DNA of 63,164 bases, the filler included, from Octopus bimaculoides (Eukaryota), in the NCBI RefSeq assembly GCF_001194135.2. It is 3 parts of 3 records of this genome, joined end to end, with 100 filler letters (N's around TTAATTAATTAA, not from the genome) between each part and the next. Parts side by side here need not be neighbours in the genome. Positions count along the whole stretch, not along the records: positions 38,080 to 63,164 come from NC_069007.1; 2 more parts are not named here. The stretch is one strand, 5' to 3'. This document shows positions 54,348 to 63,164 of this stretch, piece after piece. The notes under the pieces were generated by a model. That model was given only the letters and a program-made list of their open reading frames with translations. It searched no databases and was not told where the DNA came from. Numbering within the stretch: position 1 is the stretch's first letter; each line of letters begins with the position of its first letter. A program made the position numbers and the translations under genes.

Positions 54348-55109
54348 CTCATTATGCTGGTGTCCCTTCCCTCTGCCCCCTTGCAGCTGACTGACTGAGT
54401 TAACAATAGGGTGTTGATTAGCTGATGATGGTGATGGTGTGGGAACAATGGGTGTGTCATGTTGATGACAAAGCTGGTGGTAGTGGTGGCATCNNNNNNN
54501 NNNNNNNNNNNNNNNNNNNNNNNNNNNNNNNNNNNNNNNNNNNNNNNNNNNNNNNNNNNNNNNNNNNNNNNNNNNNNNNNNNNNNNNNNNNNNNNNNNNN
54601 NNNNNNNNNNNNNNNNNNNNNNNNNNNNNNNNNNNNNNNNNNNNNNNNNNNNNNNNNNNNNNNNNNNNNNNNNNNNNNNNNNNNNNNNNNNNNNNNNNNN
54701 NNNNNNNNNNNNNNNNNNNNNNNNNNNNNNNNNNNNNNNNNNNNNNNNNNNNNNNNNNNNNNNNNNNNNNNNNNNNNNNNNNNNNNNNNNNNNNNNNNNN
54801 NNNNNNNNNNNNNNNNNNNNNNNNNNNNNNNNNNNNNNNNNNNNNNNNNNNNNNNNNNNNNNNNNNNNNNNNNNNNNNNNNNNNNNNNNNNNNNNNNNNN
54901 NNNNNNNNNNNNNNNNNNNNNNNNNNNNNNNNNNNNNNNNNNNNNNNNNNNNNNNNNNNNNNNNNNNNNNNNNNNNNNNNNNNNNNNNNNNNNNNNNNNN
55001 NNNNNNNNNNNNNNNNNNNNNNNNNNNNNNNNNNNNNNNNNNNNNNNNNNNNNNNNNNNNNNNNNNNNNNNNNNNNNNNNNNNNNNNNNNNNNNNNNNNN
55101 NNNNGCTAG

Positions 55110-55325
55110 AAAGTCTCTAACCTGGTTGTTGCCTCGCCAGTTGGAAATAGCAGCTAAGTCTTCTTCCTTAAAGGAAAAAGAAAGAAAAAAAAGGAAGGAT
55201 TCTTTTTTTTTGGATAATATATTTCGAAATGTGCTATTTTTGATTAAAAGACCAGGGTAGATGGGTGGGTGAAGACTTGGATCATAGGTCAACTGGATCC
55301 AGACTGACCTGGGGTTAAATAACGA
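55110..55325 (+). mobile_element. Interspersed repeat family E (probable SINE 3' part)
   Basis: The GAAATAGCAGC motif and GACCTGGGGTTAAA tail recur at about 26000, 35090, 43140, 51185, 55405 and 59400-59510. Confidence 0.55.
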
Positions 55326-55789
55326 CAGTCATCACTCTCTCTTTCTCCCCCCTCTCCTTCTCACCCCTCTCTTTTTTTCTTTCTAAAAAAAAAAAAACCA
55401 CCAGGGAAGTTCCTAGAAATAGCAGCCATACCCCCTCTCCGCCATTCACACTCTATCTTAAAATACAAAAGACAACAAACAATATTGTCATGGTCGACAT
55501 CATCATCCTCATCGTTTTAACAACCTCTTTTTCTATGCTTGCAAATATCAGACATAATTATGTTGAGCAAGATATTCTACAGCTGCGTAATGCTCTTCCA
55601 GTTGCCAACCTTCACCTATTTCCAAATAAGGTCATATTTCCCCACGATCAGACATGTTTTTATGGAATGATTGGAAACGAAGGGCACCATTTATATCATC
55701 ATCATTTAACGTCCTCCTTTCATGTTGCCATGGATCGGGTGGTTCGACAAGAGCTGGTAAGTCATAAAGCTGCTCTGGCATAGTTTCTA

Positions 55790-56018
55790 TAAGCTGGCCG
55801 TTGCCAGTACCCGCCCGACTGGCCCTCGTGCCGGTGGCACGTAAAAAGCACCCACTACACTCTCGGAGTGGTTGGCGTTAGGAAGGGCATCCAGCTGTAG
55901 AAACACTGCCAGATCAGATTGGAACCTGGTGCAGCCCATCTGGTTTCACCTGTCCACAGTCAAATCGTCCAACCCATGCTAGCATGGAAAGCAGACGTTA
56001 AACGATGATGATGATGAT
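55790..56018 (+). mobile_element. SINE family D
   Basis: Reverse complement of the 38642 copy; ends GACGTTAAAC(GAT)n, about 100 bp upstream of an FBXL18 exon. Confidence 0.85.
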
Positions 56019-56122
56019 TTGTTTTTGTTTTTTTATTTTCTAATTTTCACTTTTCTGTTTTCTTTTTTATTTTATCCAAGCTGTAACATCGTAATTAATT
56101 ATCTAATTTTCCTTCGTTACAG

Positions 56123-56239
56123 GGCAAAAATAATTATCCATTACAAGAAGATTTGAAAGGTTTACAAGCATTAATCTCTTCCTGTCGGCATTTGACACAC
56201 TTAAATTTGAGCGGCATCCACTCCCATTATCTTCGTCAC
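56123..56239 (+). CDS. FBXL18: FBXL18 LRR exon (3' end lost in gap 56240-56747)
   Basis: TTCCTTCGTTACAG acceptor, phase 0 matching the previous donor. GKNNYPLQEDLKGLQALISSCRHLTHLNLSGIHSHYLRH resembles human ILETLVASCCNLRHLNLSAAHHH. Confidence 0.9.
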
Positions 56240-57201
56240 NNNNNNNNNNNNNNNNNNNNNNNNNNNNNNNNNNNNNNNNNNNNNNNNNNNNNNNNNNNNN
56301 NNNNNNNNNNNNNNNNNNNNNNNNNNNNNNNNNNNNNNNNNNNNNNNNNNNNNNNNNNNNNNNNNNNNNNNNNNNNNNNNNNNNNNNNNNNNNNNNNNNN
56401 NNNNNNNNNNNNNNNNNNNNNNNNNNNNNNNNNNNNNNNNNNNNNNNNNNNNNNNNNNNNNNNNNNNNNNNNNNNNNNNNNNNNNNNNNNNNNNNNNNNN
56501 NNNNNNNNNNNNNNNNNNNNNNNNNNNNNNNNNNNNNNNNNNNNNNNNNNNNNNNNNNNNNNNNNNNNNNNNNNNNNNNNNNNNNNNNNNNNNNNNNNNN
56601 NNNNNNNNNNNNNNNNNNNNNNNNNNNNNNNNNNNNNNNNNNNNNNNNNNNNNNNNNNNNNNNNNNNNNNNNNNNNNNNNNNNNNNNNNNNNNNNNNNNN
56701 NNNNNNNNNNNNNNNNNNNNNNNNNNNNNNNNNNNNNNNNNNNNNNNTTCTGGATTATTTTTCCTGTTTTTTTTACTTAACTTTTGAGAGCGGTCGAGTT
56801 TATTTTTAGTATTCTCGTTTGTGAGAGCAGTCGAGTTTATTTCAGATATTCACATTTTAAAAATCATCTCCGGCTAATCGTTGAGAGGACGTTGGTGTTG
56901 GCCTTGGCAGAAGTTTGCCCTCTCTACGTGCTCTTATTATTATTATTACCATTTAGATGGTAAATAAAGCAGCACACTGGCAGAATCATTACTATGCAAG
57001 GCAAAAAAATAAAATGCTTAGTAGCATTTCTGCTGGTTTTACATTCTGAGTTCAAATGCTGGTGAGGTCAGCATTGCCATTCATCTTTTCGGGGTCGATA
57101 AAATAAATACTGGTTGAGCACTCCTCCTCCCTAAAATTGCTGGCCTTGTGCCAAAATTTGAAACCAATAATGAAATGTCCCCTTTTTTTCTCTTTGCTTA
57201 G

Positions 57202-57341
57202 GTTTGAAGTCCCTGGCCCTTTCATCCTGTGCTGTTGTCCATAAACATTCTGATACCAGAGAACATACGTTCAATATCAAATTAGATGAAGTACCGGCCA
57301 AGAAACGCCGCATGTCTTGGATGGAAGCAAATAGTCCCTTC
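57202..57341 (+). CDS. FBXL18: FBXL18 exon (absent from the ORF track)
   Basis: TTTTTTTCTCTTTGCTTAG acceptor; TTC|GTAAGT donor. Reads (G)LKSLALSSCAVVHKHSDTREHTFNIKLDEVPAKKRRMSWMEANSPF, resembling human HLRSLSLPVCSV...FGKKVRVG. Ends in phase 0, matching the next exon. Confidence 0.88.
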
Positions 57342-58236
57342 GTAAGTGGTCTTTGTCCTTATCATTGTATGTAAAACTCTCTTAGGGGACTGAGAAAACC
57401 CGCTAATTAATTTGATGGCAGGTCAAGTCCAGTGCAGGGACGTGTGTAATTGCAGCCTGTCACTGCGTCCACTGTTTGTTGGTATTTGTTCTGGTCATCT
57501 TAGATAACCCTCTCAACAGTATCCCAGTTGGTCCCCGTTTCTGCAAGATAAATTCCTCATCTACTGTGACCCCGAGGCATTTGGCTGACCAACTGGAGCC
57601 ATCACTCAAGCTGGGTCCTCAGAGAACAGAACACGGTACACCGGGTTTAACTTGGAAACTCAAGCAACATGCTCAAAGAGTCTCAGTTGAGGCTCCCAAA
57701 TCATATAAGTGACAGGATGCATTCCAGTTTTTGAGTAAAGTTGTTGATTGAATATGAAATCTGACCAGGAGAAACCCAGTGATGCTCGTTTACAACTACC
57801 ATATGATGTCATGGCCAGGAGACATCACACACACATGTATATACAATGGGCTTCTTTCAGTTTCTGTCTACCAAATCTACTTAGAAGGCTTTGATCAACC
57901 TTGGGCTGTAGCAGTAGACACTTACCCAAGGTGCTGCACAGTGGGACTGAACCCAAGACCATATGCTTAGGAAGCCAGCTTCTTAACCACACAGCAATGC
58001 CTGAACCTAAACAGCAAGTCAACCACAATGAAACTCGAACTTGCAGTCTTCTGGTTCAAAGATAGAGGCCTTATCTATTAGGATATTTATTTTTTTATTC
58101 AATTATGCATTTCAGCTGAAAAGCTATGGCCATGCTAGGGCACTACCAGTAAATAAATGGTGCCAGGAATCAAACCTTAGGCCACCTGGGTGAAAGCCAG
58201 GAATCCTTATAATTTTTCCCCCTCTTTCTTTTGCAG

Positions 58237-58439
58237 TCAGAGCTTTCCTCTGATGTGAACCTCTACTCTACCGATTCTCTGTCATCTGGGGCAACAACCA
58301 ACTCCAGCTGCCAAGATTTGGAAACTTTGGTTAAAGGATGCCCCAACATGGAACATTTTGAACTCATCACACCCAACTTCTATTCAGTTTTCCATAAAGT
58401 TCTTGGAATGTGTACGAGGGAACAGAATTTTTATGCTTG
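58237..58439 (+). CDS. FBXL18: FBXL18 exon
   Basis: CTCTTTCTTTTGCAG acceptor; TG|GTATGT donor, phase 2. SELSSDVNLYSTDSLSSGATTNSSCQDLETLVKGCPNMEHFELITPNFYSVFHK resembles human SLLKNLPFLEHLELIGSNFSS. Confidence 0.9.
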
Positions 58440-58477
58440 GTATGTATTGTCTTTTTATATTTCTGTTTTAAAATATT

Positions 58478-58800
58478 TTAACCTTTTTTGTTATCATATT
58501 TCTGTCGAAATACACTGCTTTGTTTCAAATAATTTTGGGAATATTGAAGAATTTAGAAAAATAACTTTGACATTATTAAAGCCTTCATTACCATATTTCT
58601 GTTGAAATACACTGCTTTTGTTTTGATTAATTTTGAAAATAATGAAGACTTCAGTCAAATAACTGTCATTGTTAAATTGGTGTTTGGAACACAAATTAAC
58701 AATTTTAATGGAGGGCTTTGTTTAAAATCTCTGTAACCCTTTCATTACCATATATCTGTTGAAATGAACTGCCTGTGATTCAATTAAGTTTGGTAATCTT
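58478..58800 (+). mobile_element. Three tandem 5' ends of a piggyBac-type MITE
   Basis: Repeated TTAACC(C)TTT..TTACCATATTTCTGTTGAAATACACTGC near 58478, 58576 and 58734. Confidence 0.65.
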
Positions 58801-59150
58801 TCATCTTTTACTTGTTTCAGTCATTCTTGACTGTGGCCATGCTGGGGCACCATCTTGAAGGGTTTTAGTCGAATAAATCGACCTCAGGACTTATTTGTTT
58901 AAGCCTTATTCTATCGGCTTCTTTTGCTGAACCACTAAGTTATGGGGATGTAAACACACCAACACTGGTCATTGAGCAGTGATAGGGGACAGACACAAAG
59001 ACACATGCACACACACACACACACACATGATGGACTTCTTTCAGTTTCCGTCTCCCAAATCCACTCACAAGTCATTGATTGGCCTCAAGCTATAGTAGAA
59101 GACACTTGCCCAAGGTGCCACGCAGTGGGACTGAACCCAGAACCATAATG
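58800..59150 (-). mobile_element. SINE family B, near full length
   Basis: Reverse complement of the 53341 copy. Confidence 0.9.
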
Positions 59151-59684
59151 CTAAGCAGATGTTTGAGACATAAAATTAATGCAAAATTTTGAAGGGAAGT
59201 TTTACTTCAGATCCCCTTAAAACTGGAAGTTTGTAGTATAGAATCAGGGGCTGTCTCAGGTGGATTGATATCGAAAGGGTTCAACCCTTGGTTGAGGCTG
59301 TTGACCAAGAGGGGCACCTCATTCTTTGAATGTCTTGTGAGGACATATATACATGATCAGTCAACTTTCAGGAACCAAATTCCTTCTGGATGGTCATAAC
59401 TGGAATATGAACATGTCTGTTAATAGGCCTACTGGATCAGAGCTGGCATGATAGCCACTACATGGTCTTTTGACCTGCTAGAAATAGCCACCATACTATT
59501 AAACCACACTGTCCAACCCATGCACGTATGGGAAAGTGGACGTTGAACGATGATGATAATGATTAAACCCATGTCTATATATAATGTTATACGAGTACCT
59601 CCCTTTGTTGTTATACGAGTACCCTTTTGTTGTCTACAAGTACCTTTCCATTGCTACATGAGTACCCTTCTATTATATCTTCAG

Positions 59685-59773
59685 TGAACCCTCCCGCCAG
59701 TTACACGAAAGTCAGTTAACGTGGATTGGTCACTGGAAAAATCTTCGTTATCTTCAATTAACTGGAATTCCAG
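59685..59773 (+). CDS. FBXL18: FBXL18 exon (absent from the ORF track)
   Basis: TATTATATCTTCAG acceptor; TG+T completes Cys. EPSRQLHESQLTWIGHWKNLRYLQLTGIP resembles human SRAQSVGDSEVAAIGQLAFLRHLTLAQLP. CCAG|GTTCGT donor, phase 1. Confidence 0.88.
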
Positions 59774-59979
59774 GTTCGTTAAATTTCTGTTCCACTGGTT
59801 TTTGTCTTATTCTTCATTTTCACCAGAAAATTTTTGTTCTTTAAATGGTAGGTGGTCAGTTTATTCCATGTTTTCAGTGGGATGTGGTCAGTTATATTCA
59901 TTTTCCTTTTATGTGGGGAATCAGTTGATTCCATATTTTTCATGAGAGTTGGTCAGTAAAAGGCAGCAGGAACTAAACT

Positions 59980-60270
59980 GAGTCTTATCTCAACAAGACT
60001 CAGCTTAGCTTCTGCTGTCATGATGAAGCTAAACACCATATGGAAAAACAGTTTCATTAGTTTTCCAGCAAGAATCAGAGTATACGAGTCTCTGGTGACT
60101 TCGATTGTGAGAGTTGGACTCTTACAGCTGACTAGGAGCAGAGAATCCAGCCATTTGAACACAAGTGCTTCAGAAGGCTACTACACATCTCAACCACAGA
60201 GCACGAAACAAACAGCTTTTTCAGGCACCAAGTCACCAAATACTCTGGCTGAGTGGAACCACTCCTTGTG
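59980..60270 (+). mobile_element. RTE-clade LINE reverse-transcriptase C-terminal remnant
   Basis: TRLSLASAVMMKLNTIWKNSFISFPARIRVYESLVTSIV / ESWTLTAD*EQRIQPFEHKCFRRLLHISTTEHETN matches the recalled RTE motif LYGCETWTL...RIQAFEMKCLRRLL. Confidence 0.8.
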
Positions 60271-60366
60271 TTAGTGAAAAGACAAAAGCTTGTATAGCAG
60301 AGTCACATCTTCTGCCTCAACTCCTTGTCAAAAACCATTTTTTTTTTTTGTTTTTTCTTCTTTCAG

Positions 60367-60520
60367 AAATTCGTCTTGGAACCAGCCTGGTCTCTATTTG
60401 TAAACACTGCATCCACTTAGAAAGACTTCATCTGGCTCAGCTAGGTTTACCTGGTCACATTACATACCATTCTAACCTATGTAAAGCATTAACCCATTGC
60501 AAACAGCTGAAAGATTTCAG
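60367..60520 (+). CDS. FBXL18: FBXL18 exon
   Basis: TTCTTCTTTCAG acceptor; AG|GTAAAA donor, phase 2. EIRLGTSLVSICKHCIHLERLHLAQLGLPGHITYHSNLCKALTHCKQLKDFR resembles human GSGLVNIGLQCQQLRSLSLANLGMMGKVVYMPALSDMLKHCKRLRDLR. Confidence 0.93.
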
Positions 60521-61097
60521 GTAAAATTCATTGCAGGTTAAAATGATGATGGTCTTTGTGTGTGTGTGTGTGTGTGTGTGGAATATATAAAACCATAATG
60601 TCAGGAGGTATGAGGAGTGAATATATATTTATTTAACCATGTGACTTCCATGGGGTTACAGCTGTTTCGCAACCTTCTTCATGTAGTGTTGATTTCAGTA
60701 TGGAAGATATTATTTATACATGTTTGCATTAATATGTATGAATGGTTGAATAAATATACACTCACCTCTCATACCTCCTAACGTTACTCATATATATGAA
60801 ACATAGTGTGTGTGTGTGTTTATGTGTGTGTATATATATATATATATATATACACGCATGGGTGTCTGTGTTTATATATATATATATGCATAGGTGTTTG
60901 TTTATATATATATGCATGTGTATATATTTGTGTTTCTATATATAATATACATACATACAGGCACATGTATAATGTGTATATGTGTATATATATATATAAA
61001 CGTGTTTTTGTATATATATACCATCACACTATCACTCCCCCCCCCCCTATTGTATCTTTGTATCTTTTAATTCTTCATTTTTTTTTGTCCTCCACAG

Positions 61098-61233
61098 AAT
61101 AGAACAACCCAACATGAAACTCAATGAAACCTTTTTCCGTTCCTTGTGGAGTTGTCCTGAACTGGAGAGAGTGTGTGTGGCCAGTAACAGGAGTACCTAC
61201 GATTCCGTCTTGATCGACCAGTTACTGTCTATG
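61098..61233 (+). CDS. FBXL18: FBXL18 exon
   Basis: TTTTGTCCTCCACAG acceptor; ATG|GTGAGC donor, phase 0. IEQPNMKLNETFFRSLWSCPELERVCVASNRSTYDSVLIDQLLSM resembles human LEQPYFSANAQFFQALSQCPSLQRLCLVSRSG. Confidence 0.93.
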
Positions 61234-61380
61234 GTGAGCACAACACAACTACAGGTTTATAGCCCCAGGACAATCCCGATCCAGTTGATAGATGGTCAAA
61301 GCATGCCAGCTGCGACCATCATCCTTTTTTGTCTTTTTTTTTGTTCAGAGACACAGTGTGGCTGTGTAGTAAGAAGCGGT

Positions 61381-61574
61381 GAGGAGCTGGCAGAAACGTT
61401 AGCACCCCGGGGGCGAAATGCTTAGCGGTATTTCGGTCTGCCGTTATGTTCTGAGTTCAAATTGCGCCGAGGTCGACTTTGCCTTTCATCCTTTCGGGGT
61501 CGATTAAATAAGTGCCAGTTACGCACTGGGGTCGATCTAATCGACTTAATCCCTTTGTCTGTCCTTGTCTGTCC
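61381..61574 (+). mobile_element. Young SINE family A copy (CpGs intact)
   Basis: Near-consensus head, B-box and centre; runs into a gap. Confidence 0.9.
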
Positions 61575-61999
61575 NNNNNNNNNNNNNNNNNNNNNNNNNN
61601 NNNNNNNNNNNNNNNNNNNNNNNNNNNNNNNNNNNNNNNNNNNNNNNNNNNNNNNNNNNNNNNNNNNNNNNNNNNNNNNNNNNNNNNNNNNNNNNNNNNN
61701 NNNNNNNNNNNNNNNNNNNNNNNNNNNNNNNNNNNNNNNNNNNNNNNNNNNNNNNNNNNNNNNNNNNNNNNNNNNNNNNNNNNNNNNNNNNNNNNNNNNN
61801 NNNNNNNNNNNNNNNNNNNNNNNNNNNNNNNNNNNNNNNNNNNNNNNNNNNNNNNNNNNNNNNNNNNNNNNNNNNNNNNNNNNNNNNNNNNNNNNNNNNN
61901 NNNNNNNNNNNNNNNNNNNNNNNNNNNNNNNNNNNNNNNNNNNNNNNNNNNNNNNNNNNNNNNNNNNNNNNNNNNNNNNNNNNNNNNNNNNNNNNNNNN

Positions 62000-62110
62000 C
62001 CTCTAATGTGTCTCTCTTCCCCCCCCCCAGCTATTCTCTCCTCTCTCTCTTTCTCTCCTCTAATGTTTCTCTCTTTCTCTCCTCTAATGTTTCTCTCTTT
62101 CTCTCCCCAG
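62000..62110. repeat. 24-bp minisatellite CTCTAATGTTTCTCTCTTTCTCTC forming an exon acceptor tract
   Basis: Two exact units and one diverged unit are visible; more may lie in gap 61575-61999. Confidence 0.8.
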
Positions 62111-62193
62111 GCTTCCAAGATGATTGTGCTCATGCTGTTTTCCGGAATGTCTCAAGAAAACTGCAAACATTTGCAAAGTTATTTAACAAAGAA
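62111..62193 (+). CDS. FBXL18: FBXL18 exon
   Basis: CTCTCCCCAG acceptor; AA|GTAAGT donor, phase 2. ASKMIVLMLFSGMSQENCKHLQSYLTK resembles human CLQVVMCHLFTGESLATCKSLQQSLLR. Confidence 0.9.
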
Positions 62194-62482
62194 GTAAGTA
62201 CACCTTCACTGTTCTGCTTTTCTTTTCCATTGGTGACTTGGAAAGTCACCTGAGGAGGCGCTTTTGCACCTATAATGCATCGTAATTGTTTGTACAGCAT
62301 CTCACTTGTAAGGTACCGGTGAGGTGCATGATGTGTCAGTTCGACAGAATTTTGGTAGGCTGTTATTTCCAGCAGCAGCAGTGACCACATAGTTTGTGGA
62401 TCACGTGTATGTTTGCGAGTTCATTTCCTGAGTTTTTTCATGTCTTTCTTTCTTTATTTTACCTTCTTTCTTACCTTTATAG

Positions 62483-62633
62483 ATACAAACCAAGCCGTCC
62501 TGCCTTGTGGATTAACCTTTTCCCTTTACAACACATTGATCTTAAAGACGAGTTGAATTCTATACCAACCAAACATTATGAGGAACTGATGTTACTCAGA
62601 TCTCGAGTTAGTGTCAAGCCAGTTGACTGGTGA
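62483..62633 (+). CDS. FBXL18: FBXL18 terminal coding exon
   Basis: TTCTTACCTTTATAG acceptor. YKPSRPALWINLFPLQHIDLKDELNSIPTKHYEELMLLRSRVSVKPVDW* resembles the human C-terminus FQAERPALNVVIFPL...HLDEITLFKSRVAEEPPNLWW. Confidence 0.93.
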
Positions 62634-62789
62634 AGCCATTTTAACAGAAACCATAATCATCATCATCTTCATTACTATGATTATTAATAATAATATTATT
62701 ATTATTATTTATCATTTTTTATATTATTATTGTATTATTTATAGCATTATTATTATTGATATCATATATTATCTGTTATTACTATTAAG

Positions 62790-62982
62790 GCGGCCATCTG
62801 GCAGAACCATTAACACACCAGGTGGAATGCTTGGTGGTATTTCATCTGTCTTTGCATTCTGAGTTCAAATTCCACCAAGGTCGACTTTGCCTTTCATCCT
62901 TTCAAGGTCAATGAAATAAGTACCAGTTACACACTGGTCCCCTCCCCCAAAATTTCAGGCCTTGCACCTATAGCAGAAAGGA

Positions 62983-63017
<35 letters not shown>

Positions 63018-63164
63018 TAGACAACAAGCTGGCAGAATCGTTCGCATGCCCCTATGCAGTTTTCTCGACTTTATGTTCCAAGTTCAAATTCTGCTGAGGT
63101 CGACTTTGCCTTTCATCCTTTCGGGGTTGATAAAATAAGTACCAGTTACACACTGGTCCCCTCC
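62790..63164 (+). mobile_element. Two tandem family A SINEs separated by (ATT)n
   Basis: Heads near 62795 and 63027; the second copy runs off the window. Confidence 0.85.

Noticed and set aside
2933-62253. Long ORFs (200-419 aa) in the ORF track
   Set aside because: They are mostly X from N gaps plus dinucleotide-repeat translations (YIYI, HTHT, SLSL, CVCV), except where they overlap real FBXL18 exons.

Overview
Eukaryotic, gap-rich draft-genome scaffold segment that is dense in microsatellites and SINEs. The repeat families and style point to an octopus (coleoid cephalopod) assembly; this is inference, no search was run. One protein-coding gene is well supported: a plus-strand multi-exon FBXL18 (F-box/LRR-repeat protein 18) orthologue. 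Eight coding exons are visible from 44401 to the stop at 62633, with GT-AG junctions and mutually consistent phases; two exons run into N gaps, and I could not find the F-box-encoding 5' exon(s). I recognised no coding exon in the first ~44 kb. The rest is intron or intergenic DNA holding several tRNA-derived SINE families, decayed Tc1/mariner, Penelope-like and RTE remnants, piggyBac- and Helentron-type non-autonomous elements, small MITEs and a 63-nt 18S rRNA 5' fragment. I did not find a clearly new biological system. The best leads are two fold-back mariner derivatives (one with a near-perfect hairpin at the junction), microsatellite-guided SINE stacking and nesting, and a switch in CpG decay of SINE copies near 28 kb that may mark the methylated gene body. 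SINE family labels A-E are my own, and repeat coordinates are approximate.
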